A stretch of 64,000 nt of DNA, taken from positions 3,162,001-3,226,000 of the forward strand of contig OZ218961.1 of NCBI GenBank assembly GCA_965112735.1, written 5' to 3'. A program made the translations under genes and the position numbers. Source of the stretch: Phaeosaccion multiseriatum (taxonomy: Eukaryota; Protista; Ochrophyta, other classes). Position 1 is the stretch's first letter; each line of letters begins with the position of its first letter. This document shows, piece by piece, positions 11,431 through 23,317 of this stretch. Below the pieces are notes generated by a model, which did not search any database, had not been told where the DNA came from, and saw nothing but the letters and a program-made list of their open reading frames with translations.

Positions 11431-14400
11431 ATGAGGCAGCTACAGCCCCAGTTGCTGCTGCTGCTCTCCCTGTCCTTGGGGCAGCAGCAGCAGCTCATCT
11501 CTCTGTTGATCTTGCCTCCCATGCAGAAGTTGCCCACGCCCTCACGAGGCTTAGAAAGAAGGGGGTGTGAAGCACAAAAAGGACGCCCATTCCATGGTGC
11601 AACTGTCCTTTCGGCTCGAAGGGGGTTGGTGTCTGGACTCGTTCGTGTTGCTTCAGCTGGTAAGCGGCGCCTGACTCGACCTCGCGCAGAAGTACCAGCA
11701 GCGCCCGCAGCAGCAGAGCCCCCAAATCAACGGGGAGCAGCGGTCCAGGGAGGAGGAAAGGAGGAGAATGGAGGCTTAAAACGGGCCATCGCGGCGCTTG
11801 TAGCGTCGGCAAATGGACATGGAGGGCCAAACGGAGCGCATCGGGAAAACTCACTGGACCACATCAAGAGAGAGAGCCATGGGGGGCGGGGGCAGCACCA
11901 GGGACAGCAGGAAAGGAAGGGCTGGTGGCAGAGGATTCGCTCGAAAAAGCGCATTCGGAGGGAGGTGACCCTTGGGGTCCAGGACAAGAAAAATGCTGCC
12001 GAAACATGGCCGGACATGACGCCAGACATGACGCTGTGGGTGGAAAAGGAGGTAGGTAGAAGTAGGTAGAGAGGTGAAGGTTTAGGGGGGATGTGTACTT
12101 GGGTGGAGGAGGGGAACACGTATGACGGGGATTTGCGCTGACTGACGGACTATCTCTCTCTCTCTCTCACTGTGCCACTCGACAGACGGACGACGACAAG
12201 GAATTCGACGACATGCTCCCCCTGGCGGGGAGTGAGGAGGACATGGGTGCTAAGTGAGTGGGCTCTTCGTACAACTGTATAAGTGGGCTCTCTGAGTACT
12301 GGCTTGGTGACTGACTGGGGCACCTACGGCCCTCTCTCTCTGCGCTCACTGGGGCCTGCGTGAGATGGTGGTGCTACACAGCTCAATTCATTCATTCATT
12401 AGCCTATAGGACCCCCCTTACCCATCCACTCATTGCCCTGTCCCCCCCTCCCCCCTTGGCGGTTGCACTCAGGCACTACTCGGCCACCGACTACTTGAGC
12501 TCTCTCACAGAGTTCGCCGACGACGGCGTGGTAAGTCAACGGGAAGGAAGGAAGCGTGAGGCGCGGGACCCATCTTCCGAAGGCGGGGAGATCCGAAGGC
12601 GGGGAGGGGAAGGCACAGCTTCTCACAGCAGTGCACCATTGAGTTTCCCAGGGAGGTTTGGGAGGGGTGGGGATTTATATATTGGGCCTCTCTCCTCTCT
12701 CGTGTGCTCGCGTCACTGAGGACCCGCCTTTGGGTACCGTGCGCCTCCCAATGAAGACCACCAACCCCACCCCAATCCCCATCCCCATCCCCATCTACTG
12801 CCATCCCCTCCAGCCCCTGCTGAAGGCGGCCGAGCGCTACGACTCGAATGATTGGTATCACATGCTTCTGTCCATCCCCAAGTCACATGTGCTCAAGAGA
12901 ATATCCTCGCACCTCTGGGCCGCTGTGGTGTGGGCCATTGCTGTCAACCTCGTCTACGTCCATAAGCCAGGTGAGTGGGTGAGTGGGTGGACATAGTAAG
13001 TCAATGGGTAGTAGGTGGGTGTAGTCCGTCCATGGGTGGATCAGTGGGCAGGGCATCAAGGCATGCGACATGCTAGAGAGACTTGGGAGGGAGGGAGGGA
13101 GGGAGGGAGGGAGGGAGGGAGGGAGGGAGGGAGGGAGGGAGGGAGAGAGGGAGGGAGGACGGGAGGACGGGAGAGAGGGAGGGAGTAGCGAGGAGAGGTT
13201 TGGAAGACGAGAAGGATGTGGGGGCGCAGGGAGGCTTCCTCTCTTCTCCTTCTTGTCATCATCCGCTCTGACTCTTGCCCTGCTCTGCCCTGGCCCTTGC
13301 CCTGCTCTTTCTACCGATGCATCGTACCACCAACTGGTGCTGCTGCTCTGCTGTGCTCAGGGTGGGTGCGTGGGCTGGCGCTTCCCTCCGAGGTGTTCGG
13401 CCTCATGGGCGGGCTGCTTAGTCTGCTTCTCGGATTCAGAATGAACCAGGTAGGTAGTAAGTCAGTGAGTGAGTGAGTCTGCTGCTCGTTTAGGGTGAAT
13501 CAGGTCCGAGGTGTGCAGTAAGTCAATAGGTGTGCAGTAAGTCAGTAGATCAGGCAGGTGGACACGGGGCGGGCAGCGAGAGCTTCACTTTGAGCTTGAG
13601 CTTCAGCCCACCATTGCAGCGATACGTAATGTTACGTCTTACACGAGCCGTGGCTTTAACTCACTGCCCTTGCCCCGAGGGAGCTGCTTTGGCTGCTCGC
13701 TGTCCTTGCCCTAGAGCTGCTTTGGCTCGACCCCCCCCCCTTGCTCTTCAGAGAGAGAGAGAAAGAGAGAGCGCACCTCACCACGCCGTGTTATTGTGTG
13801 GGCAAACACGTCGACTAGGGGTGCGCGGCCACCCCACTGAAACTCAACCCACCCCCCACCCCCCACCCCTCTCTCTCCACTCTACTCCCACTAACCCTCT
13901 CTCCCCTCTCTCCCCACTCCACTCCGACAGTCCTACGACCGCTTCTGGGAGGCTCGGGAGCTCTGGACTCAAGTCGCCGCCAACATTAGAGGTTGGTTAT
14001 CCGGTGTCCGGTTTTGCCTCTCCCCTCTTGTGTGCTCACTCTCACTGGCGTGTCACCCCCTCCCTCCTTCTTCCCTCACTACCACTCATGCGCCGCTCTT
14101 GTTCCCTCTTGTCTTTCCTCCTCCCATCCCCTGCGTGTTGTGTGTGTGTGTGTGTGTGTGTGTCGGCAGTGATCGCAACGCTGGCCTGCACGACGACTTC
14201 CTGCCTCACTCGAGAAAACAAGGACACCATGGCGAGGTGGGTACAGCACAGGGGGTACAGGGGGTGCAGGGGGTGCGGTGCCATACGCAGACAGGGAGGA
14301 GGAAGGAGAGGAGGCAGGGAAGAGAGAGAGAGAGAGAGAGGCGAGAAAGTAGAGCAAGTGAGGGGGCAGCGAAGGACCTGGGCCTCGCTGCTCGAACACC

Positions 14401-15368
14401 GAGGAGGGAGGAGGGAGGGAGGGAGGGAGGGAGGGATGCCGCAGTAGACCGATCACCTCGTTTCTGGTGACAGCGACAGGCGACAGGAGCAGAAGGGTAG
14501 TCACGGGGCCAGACGACCCTCTAAGCGGGTCAGACTATCCCATCAGTTCACTCTCATAGGCAGTCAATCCACGGGCCCTATCTTCCGCCCCTCCCCATCA
14601 CTCCTTCCAAGGCCCCCTTCCAAGGCTTGAAGCCTTCCAAGGCTGGCCTACGTTTCCGCCCTCCACCCTCCTCACTCTCCATCCCCCTCCCTCTGTATCA
14701 CCAACGCAGGTACCTGACTGCCTACCCCGTGGCTCTGAAGCAATACCTGCAGGGCAAGCGCGATTTCCGCGAGTTTAAGGGCATATTGAGCAAGCAGGAG
14801 ATGGACTTGCTCACCAAGGCTCACAACCTTCCCCTCGGGGTCCTGCAGCACCTCAGCCAAACGGTGGCGCCGCTCGTCGCCGTCAGAGGAGATCAGAACA
14901 TTTGGCTCGTGGTGAGTGAGTGAGTGAGTGAGTCAGGTAGTCAGTCAGTCAGTCAGTCAGGCAATTAGTCAGTCAGTCAGGCAGTCAGGCAGTCAGGTAG
15001 TGATTCAGTGATTCAGTCAGTCTGTCAGGCAGTCAGTCAGTCAGTCAGTCAGGCAGGCAGTCAATCAGTCTCTCAGTCAGGCCACGTACTGACCCCTACA
15101 CTGCGAATACAATACCCCCCCCCCCCCCCCACTCCACTCCACTCCCCTGCCCTCCAGCTCCAAACGCCCCTCCGCGAACTGACGTACGTCATCGGGCAGT
15201 GCGAACGGCTTGTGCGCACCCCCGTGCCCCTTTCCTATGTACGGCACAATTCGCGCTTCCTGTCCCTGTTCGTCATGGCGCTGCCCTTCAAGATGGTCGG
15301 CCACATGCACTTCGCCCCTCTGCCCGCCGCCGTCGGACTTGTGGCGTGGGTGCTCTTCAGCATGGAGG

Positions 15369-15411
<43 letters not shown>

Positions 15412-15505
15412 CCTTCTCCGCAAAGTGAGGTAGAGTGGAGAGGGGGTGGTCCATTGACATGAGAGTAACAGAATAGACTGACTCACCACTGCCCCTGCGA
15501 CTATC

Positions 15506-15559
<54 letters not shown>

Positions 15560-15695
15560 AGGGAGAGGGAGAGAGAGAGAGGGAGAGAGAGAGAGAGAGA
15601 CAGAGACAGAGATAGGCAGAAAGGAGAGAGACAGACAGAGAGACAGAAAGGAGAGAGAGAGACAGACAGAGAGAGACAGACAGAGAGAGGCAGAC

Positions 15696-15728
<33 letters not shown>

Positions 15729-16579
15729 GAGGAATACATACCCGTAGGACTGACTGCCTCACGCATCCCTCACGCATCTCATCACTCATGCCGCCCCACA
15801 TGACTTGTCGTGTGCCCGTATGACTCACTGTCTCACTGCCTCACTGCCTCACTGCCTTACTGCCTCACTGCCTCACTGCCTCACTGCCCTACTGCCTCAG
15901 ATCGGGCACTTGATCGAGGAGCCGTTCGGCGCCACCCCCGAGGACTTCATGAACTTGGGTTACGACCCCAAGTGGACATGGAACAACTTCGTCAGGCTGC
16001 TCATGGGAGATGTGCCACGCCCCACCATCTTGCCCCTCAAGAGGTACGTGAGGAAGGAAGGAAGGAAGGAAGGAAGGAAGGAAGGAAGGAAGGAAGGAAG
16101 CAAGGAAGGAAGGAAGGAAGCAAGCGTGCGTGCGTGCGTGCGGCCGAGTGTTTCACAATTCATTGTGGTCATGTGTGGTCATGCCTGCTCACGAGCGCTT
16201 CCTCACTGACTGTCTTACTTGCGCAGGAACCCTCCATCCACATGCTCAGCTGTTACCTCCCCCGCCCCTCCCTCACTCTGCCTCTCCATCCGCTGCCATC
16301 CATCATCCCCTTTGTGTCCTCTCTCTCTCCAGATACTGCGACTCAGTCAGGTGAGGAGGGAAGCTCTGCCGTCCAGAAGGGGGGGCGTGCGTGCGTGCGT
16401 GCGTGCCTGAAGAAGGGGCCCACCTCTTTCTGTGCTTGTGTATCTCCCCACTTGTTCTCGTCCCTCCTCCCTCCTTGTATTGGAGTCTGAGTTCGCTCAA
16501 CTTGCTCTTGATTCTGCCTGGCTTGTGTCGCTTTCCCGCCCACTAGCCAGTGACAGTGAGAGAGAGATAGACATTTAGA

Positions 16580-16610
<31 letters not shown>

Positions 16611-17264
16611 TTACAGTCAGAGAGAGAGACATTTAGAGTCAGAGAGAGAGACAGTTATATTGAGAGAGAGAGAGTTTATGGGCATTAGACAGTAGAGGCG
16701 TATGGGCATTAGACAGTAGAGGCGTAGGGGCATTAGACAGTAGAGGCGTATGGGCATTAGACAGTAGAGGCGTATGGGCATTAGACAGTAGAGGCGTATG
16801 GGCATTAGACAGCAGAGGTGCCCATAACGAGTGAGAGAGAGACAGTTACGAGTGGGAGAGAGTGACAGCTACAGTGATAGTGAGAGTGGCAGGCAGGTGT
16901 CCCTTTGTGGACTTCTTCCTTCGTTGACTGTGTCGCTTTCCTGTTAACGCTGCCAGCCCCACGAAACCCCTCTTGTCGTGGACTCACTCCATCCCTCCCT
17001 CCCTCCCTCCGCTCCTCCCTCCCTCCCCCCCCCCCCTCCCTGCTTCCTTCCCTGAGCACTGACCCGCTCCTCCTCCCTGCTTCCTTCCCTGAGCGCTTAC
17101 CCGCTCCTCCTCCTCCCGCCTCTCTCCTGACACATCTGACCGCTGACCCCCTTACACGCCTGAGCAGGTTGGACGTGGTGGAACTGTTCTCCATGGAGCT
17201 GAGAACTGAGGAGGCGCCTCAACAAAAACAAATACAAGCCGACCCAGACCCTGACCCCGACTCC

Positions 17265-17315
<51 letters not shown>

Positions 17316-17546
17316 CCTCTCCCTCCCGCCCCCGCCCCCGCCGTCGCCACCCCTCTCCCTGCCGCCCCCGCCGTCATCACCTCTGTCGTTGCCGAAGGGG
17401 TGGGGGGTGTACACCGTGTGGGGGTTGAGCACAACCGAAGCACAGAGGACGAACTGGGTGGAGGGACGGGTGGAGGGGAGGCGAAGGAGGAGAGCAGGAC
17501 GCTGGCGGGGGTACATGCGCCGGTGGGGGGACTTGGGGTCGCATGA
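11431..17546 (+). CDS. Bestrophin-like anion channel (UPF0187/RFP-TM, VCCN/BST type), multi-exon
   Basis: Motifs RYDSNDWYHMLLSIPKSHVL, LSLLLGFRMNQ|SYDRFWEARELW, IGQCERLVRTPVPLSYVRHNSRFL, EE|IGHLIEEPF, LPLKR|YCDSV. Start codon uncertain. Confidence 0.88.
16678..16818. repeat. 24-bp minisatellite (ATGGGCATTAGACAGTAGAGGCGT) x~6, intronic
   Basis: Direct tandem copies. Confidence 0.9.
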
Positions 17547-18248
17547 AGGCCCATTGAACCGAAGCGAAGGGAAGTGAGGCAGAGATTTCACACCACAAGA
17601 CATTTTTGGGGGGTGTAGATATATACGCATTTATTGTATAGAGAGAGAAAAAAAAAGTGTTATAACTTACATCATTAAAATTAATTAATTAAAAGAAAAA
17701 TTACATCATTAAAATGTCACCGAACTCGCTCCCTCGGTATCCACGCCTTCCTTCTGTGGCGGATGCACGCACACGCGCATTGTTCTTGCCTTCCTTCGCC
17801 GCCCCTTCCACCCTCGCTGTACGCGCTGATTCCCCAACTAATGACATCAGTGCGGTTCCCTGGTAAGCGGAAAAAACTACATTCCGTGCTGAGCTGGACC
17901 ACCACATTCCGTGGTTAGCTGGAACATCAAATTCCGTGGCAGTTGGACCACCAAACGTACAGTACTGTCAATGTCCATCCCCCACCCTCCTCTTTACATA
18001 CACACACACCCCCCTCCTCCTCTTTTTGTACTTAACTATGTTACACTACTTACTTCCAGTACGTATGTTATAATTACACTCGATCCCTTTTCTGCTTCTT
18101 GCTGAGTACTGACCGAATGGGCAAGAAGGGCTCACCGTCACTCATTCAGTCAGTCGGTCAGTCAGTCAGTCAGTCAGTCAGTCAAGTCAGTCAGTCAGTC
18201 AGCCAGTCAGTCAGTCAGGCTCAGTCTACTTACATCCTCCTCTTTTGT

Positions 18249-19487
18249 TCAAAGTTCAAGCGTGATCGACGGCCGCGTAGCACCAACCGGCGCACACCCT
18301 GTGCCGCGGAGGGTGGTCCGTATGTGGTTGGTCATACGGCGAAGGCGGCGCTCCTGCTCCTTCTCTGCGAGGGCCTGGGCATGAAGCTCCCTCCGGATGG
18401 TCTCCTTGTCCGGCGGTGGGCCCTCCACGCCTCCCATATTTGCATCCCTCACTGCGAGGGAGGGCCTCACCCCGTCCCTCTCCATGTCCTTCAGCAGCGC
18501 CAAGATGGTATCCAGGCCCAAACTGGACGTGTTGTTGAGGGCCACAGTGTAGCTCACCAAATCTGGGCTAAGGCCCTGGCGCCTCATCTCCGCCAGCAAT
18601 GCCTGAACCCAGTCCTGCTGGCCAGCCTCTGCAAAGGTCATCAAGGCGAGGTTGAAGCTCAGCACAGATGGCGACGGCCCGTCCTCGATCGTAGTCATGT
18701 CCAGCAGCAGACCCAACGCTGCCACCTCGTGCCCAGTTCGACGGCACGCGTCGAGGGCGATGTTGACTTGAGCTTCCGTGGGCACGATACCGCTATCCTT
18801 CATCTGGGCGAGCAGGCGCATCGCTCTCTCGAACCCCTCGAGATCGTCCATGCTTTGAGTGGAGAGCATCGCCACGTTGAGCACGGAGGGGGGCGGCCGC
18901 TGCGACAGGACGCGTATCTCGGCCAGCACCTCAAAGATGCACTCATGATGCCCAGCCCTGGCACATGCAATCGCCAAGGCGTTCCACATCATTTCGCAAG
19001 GCTCGTGCCCGCCTTTCCTGAGGGCTCGCACCTCATCCAGAGCGCGGTCGGGCTCTCCCCTCCTGGCGTGGATGAGCAAGGCCGTTTCATGGCTCATCGG
19101 GTTCGGCCGTAAACCGAGCTCTCTCATCAGTCCAAGCAAGGCCAAGGCCCCGTTCTCCTCGCCAGTCCGCCCACACGCAGCGACTGCTGCATTGTATAGA
19201 AGAGAATCCTCGAGGGGGAGACCCGAGCGCTTTGCCTCCTCCCACAAGCGCAACGGCCCCGTCTGCCCTCTAGCGTTTTCTTTTCTACCGCACGACTCCA
19301 GCGATCGGACGAGCTGGATCTGGGCACGCTGAACCTTGCGGGTCTGTTGAAGTTCCAGACCCGACGAGGCCGTTACCGCCTGCGTCCTCTTTCTGAATGG
19401 CGCCTGGACACCGGTATGGCTTATAAAGCACGTAGTATGGTCCACGAAGAGTAGGAGCATGAGAGGGAGCACCCAAATTGGTGCCAT
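18249..19487 (-). CDS. Intronless PPR protein, probably plastid-targeted
   Basis: 412-aa ORF with a signal peptide ending ...TTC-FISH (ASAF-like) and several PPR motifs (LYNAAVAACGRTG, MWNALAIACARAG, SFNLALMTFAEAG, PDLVSYTVAL). Confidence 0.88.
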   Translation of the reverse strand: MAPIWVLPLMLLLFVDHTTCFISHTGVQAPFRKRTQAVTASSGLELQQTRKVQRAQIQLVRSLESCGRKENARGQTGPLRLWEEAKRSGLPLEDSLLYNAAVAACGRTGEENGALALLGLMRELGLRPNPMSHETALLIHARRGEPDRALDEVRALRKGGHEPCEMMWNALAIACARAGHHECIFEVLAEIRVLSQRPPPSVLNVAMLSTQSMDDLEGFERAMRLLAQMKDSGIVPTEAQVNIALDACRRTGHEVAALGLLLDMTTIEDGPSPSVLSFNLALMTFAEAGQQDWVQALLAEMRRQGLSPDLVSYTVALNNTSSLGLDTILALLKDMERDGVRPSLAVRDANMGGVEGPPPDKETIRRELHAQALAEKEQERRLRRMTNHIRTTLRGTGCAPVGATRPSITLEL

Positions 19488-19913
19488 GGATCACGCCCTA
19501 AATTTAATCGGGAATTAAAGCGCCGCTTTTCGCGACGGCGGGAATGAAATATATGACACCCTTAAGTGCCATCTATGAAAGCCGCATCATCTTCGCGTGT
19601 TGGTGATACCTTTTCTCACAGATGGATGCTTCTCGAGGTCTCCTTGCGACGTTGTGTGCTTTTTTTGCTTTTTTTCTCCCATATTTTGTAATAGTTTGCT
19701 GCATTGGTAGCATTAGCAACAGCCTGAGGAGGGAAATCCCCACAACCTTTCCTCATCAGCCTTAGCTCCCTCGCGCTCTGCTTGGGTTTTGTTAGGGGGG
19801 GGTTTCCTCCCTGGCCTCTTTATGAGACCGCCCTTGGTGTTGGGATCTAAGAGCATCTTGGAATAGTTGAAGGCGCTCCGAATAGAAGGGTCGAGGGACA
19901 CAGGAAGGAAAGC

Positions 19914-20494
19914 ATGGCAGCAGCCGACGCCAGGGAAGTGACGGTTAATGTTTATGACCTTCACCTGCACGACAACTTGCGTGACAGCAACAGGGTGTTG
20001 GGCTTTCTGGGTGAGTAAGGAGCCGGAGCATCACGAGCTTCCAATCGCCTCCCTCCTCTCTCTGTTTACCCCACTGTGCCATTGCGCAGAAGCCCCCACA
20101 CAACTTTCCGCGTAGGTAGTTTGGTTCTGGAAGGCAGTTCTGCACGGCACTGTCTCGACTCCTTACTTGAGCGGACCCCGAGGGAAGCCACTCTCTGCTC
20201 TCTGCTCTTGCCTGACTCACTTCCCTCCCGCCCGATCCCTACTCGCTAATCTCACACTCAGGCATTGGAATTTACCACACGGGGGTGGTGATATCGGGTA
20301 AAGAGTACACTTTCTCAAAGCAGGTGGGTGAGGTCCCGCCCTTTTCAGGGCCCGGTCCTGTGCGTGACTTTGACTCGGCCCATCTGTCTGTATTTGCCAA
20401 CTCTCTGAGCGCTTCTTGTCTCTCTTTGGGTTGTGACGCGCCTCTCTGCAGCGACACACACACAAATAGAGAGAGAGAGAGAGAGACATATATA

Positions 20495-20526
<32 letters not shown>

Positions 20527-22697
20527 CATACATACATACATACATACATACATACATACATACATACATACATACATACATGTACAAGTATTTGCTATGC
20601 GGCTCCTCCCTCCCATCTCCCGTCCGTTCCACCCCTCCTTCCTCCTGACCCGCCTCCCGTCCCGTCCCGTCTGTTCCCTCCCCGCCCGGCCCTTTGTCTC
20701 TCCTCCCTCCCTCCCTCCCTCCCTCGCCCTCTCCCTCGCCCTCTCCCTCGTGCAGGGAGTGCTACGGCACCCCCCAAGGGCCGTGGAGGGCCCTGCTTGC
20801 ACCTTCCGAGAGAGCTTCGTGGTGGGGGTGTTCCACGGAAGTTTCAACGAGGTCAGTCAGACAGTCAGTCAGTAAGAGTGGGTGGACAGCCGTCAAGCCC
20901 CCCCGGGTGATGTCCGCACTTGGGAAGACAAAGAAGACTGCGCCCCCTCTCCTCTCTCCTCCCTCCTCTCTCCTCGTCGTGAGTGTTAGGCGCGGACAGC
21001 ACCTCGCGCGCAGCACGCACACGCAGAGGCAGCCCTGACCCCCCCCTGTTCCCCCCTCACGCTATTGCTGCTTGGGCTCCCCCCCCCCCAAACCTTCTCC
21101 TCCCCAGGTGCATGCGGTGCTGAAGCAGCTCAGGGAGGGCGACTTCAAGCCCAACTCGTACAAGCTCGTGGGCAAGGTGAGTACATAGGGAGGACTTGCG
21201 TAGTGTCCTTGAGCGAAGGAAGGAAGTAAGTAGCCTTACGTGTGACCGCAGAGGAGCGGTGACTGCGTTGGACAGAGGCGGGGCAGGCGCACGGTGTACC
21301 TCAGACCCCCCACGCGACACAACTTCAAAGCTTCTGCTTCAGAGCTTCAACACAACTTCAAAGCTTCTGCTTCAGAGCTTCGACACAACGTCAAAGCTTC
21401 TGCTTCAGAGCTTCGACACAACGTCAAGGCTTCTGCTTCAGAGCTTCGACACAACGTCAAAGCTTCTGCTTCAGAGCTTCGACACAACGTCAAAGCTTCG
21501 CTTCAGAGCTTCGACACAACGTCAAAGCTTCTGCTTCAGAGCTTCGACACGACGTCAAAGCTTCTGCTTCAGAGCTTCGACACAACGTCAAAGCTTCTGC
21601 TTCAGAGCTTCGACACAACTTCAAAGCTTCTGCTTCAGAGCTTCGACACAACGTCAAAGCTTCTGCTTCAGAGCTTCGACACAACTTCAAAGCTTCTGCT
21701 TCATGTCTCACCTTGAATTCAAAGCCCCCCCCCCTAGCTAGCTCTCTCGCCCCCTCCCTTCCCTGGTGGTCTTCTCACTGATACTGCTGCTGTTGCTGCT
21801 ATTGATGCTACTGCTACTGCTACCGCTGCTCTTCCTCTGTGCTGTGCTCTTTTCGTGAGCAGAACTGCAACGACTTCTCCAATGCCTTTGTGCGTGGCCT
21901 ACTTGGGGTCAAGCTGCCCAAGTGGATCACAAGAGCAGCAGGTAAGGGATGTGTGCGTGTGTGTGCGTGCGTGTGTGTGCGTGTGTGTGCGTGCGTGTGT
22001 GTGCGTGTGTGTTGTTGTGTATTTTTTTTGTCTGGCTCGGAGCTGCTCTGCCGCGTGCCCTAGTAATATCCCCCTTCTCCTCCTCCTCCTCCACCTCCTC
22101 CTCCTCCTCCTCCTCCTCCTCCTCCTCCTCCTCCTCCTCCTCCTCCTGCTCCTGCCCCTCCCTCCCTTCTCCCTCCTCCGCTCTTCCTCTTTATCTTATC
22201 GCCATTTCCGCTCGACCGCTGCAGGGGTTGCCCAAACGCTTGGTCTCAACTTCGACAGCTATCAGGACACCATCAACAATTCACCAACTTCTCCACTTGG
22301 CGAGGGCCACAGACGCAATGACGGGGGGGGCTCAGCTGCAGCAGCGCCCTCGATGGGGGTTACAGCGCCACCAGCAGTGCCTACAATAGAGGGTGATTCA
22401 GCAGTTGGTGATTCAGCAGTTGGTGATTCAGCAGTTGGTGCTTCAGCAGTTGGTGATTCAGCAGAGGCGTCAGCAGGGGCGTCGACAGGAGGGAGGAAGA
22501 GCAGAAGTAGCCTCTGGGGCTTTAGGAGAGGGTATGGCGACAATGGGGCCGTCCCACCCCCCCCCCCTCCAGCGCCGGTTCAGGCCGCAGGTGGGGGGCG
22601 GGGGAGGGCGCTGGGCAAGAGGAACCCTAACGAGAAGAGACAGCTCTCAGAGAAGCAACGGAAGCTCCTGGCCAATCTAAAGAGAGATGCCCGCTAG
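19914..22697 (+). CDS. PPPDE/DeSI-family (C97) desumoylating/deubiquitinating peptidase, multi-exon
   Basis: Motifs VTVNVYDL, IGIYHTGVVISGKEYTF (catalytic His), SYKLVGK|NCNDFS (catalytic Cys), LPKWITRAA. Confidence 0.9.
21315..21702. repeat. 33-bp minisatellite (CGACACAACGTCAAAGCTTCTGCTTCAGAGCTT) x~12, intronic
   Basis: Near-identical head-to-tail copies with no unique spacers. Confidence 0.92.
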
Positions 22698-23317
22698 GTA
22701 TAAAGGACCACTAGACCACTAGACCACTAGCAAGGCATTGCCAAGACATGGAGGGAGAGGGATAGGCCTAGGCCGGCAGACAGAGGCTTAGGCCGTTGGC
22801 GTTTCGAGGCCACTGGGGGGGTGTGGATTGTACAGCATTTGTTTTATAACCCGTTCAATAGAGCCGGAAGATTGGAGTGAAGCGAAGGAGTGGGGGTTTC
22901 CGCCGTTTCGCTTTCCTCCTCCCATATACCCACGAACTTCAGTTTCAGTTTCAGCTAAATGGCTGATGTGAGATACGAGAGGGGGGCTTTACCCTGAGCC
23001 TTGAAGCTGAGGGAGCTTGTTGATTCTTAGGTTGATTCCAATAAGTGGATGAAATCCCCTCCAGTCGCTTCATCAGCTTCATCACTTCCATCAGCTGCCG
23101 ATTGTCCCTCCATCCTCCTCTTCCTCTCCTCTTATCGACAGTCTCCTTCCTCTCCCCTCCTGCTCTCCATGCGTTGTTTATCGACGGTCTCCTTCCTCTC
23201 TCCTCCTCTCCTCCACAAGACGCGACTGCTGCGGAGAGTCCCCCACAGAGCCCCCTCCTCCTCACCATTCATTCCTTCATCAACACCACAGAACCCCTCT
23301 CACCAATCATTCCTTCA

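Noticed and set aside
18099-19112. 337-aa plus-strand ORF
   Set aside because: Antisense shadow of the plastid PPR gene.
21315-21702. 33-bp partially palindromic repeats resembling a CRISPR array
   Set aside because: Units are head-to-tail with no unique spacers, there are no cas genes, and the array lies in a eukaryotic intron.
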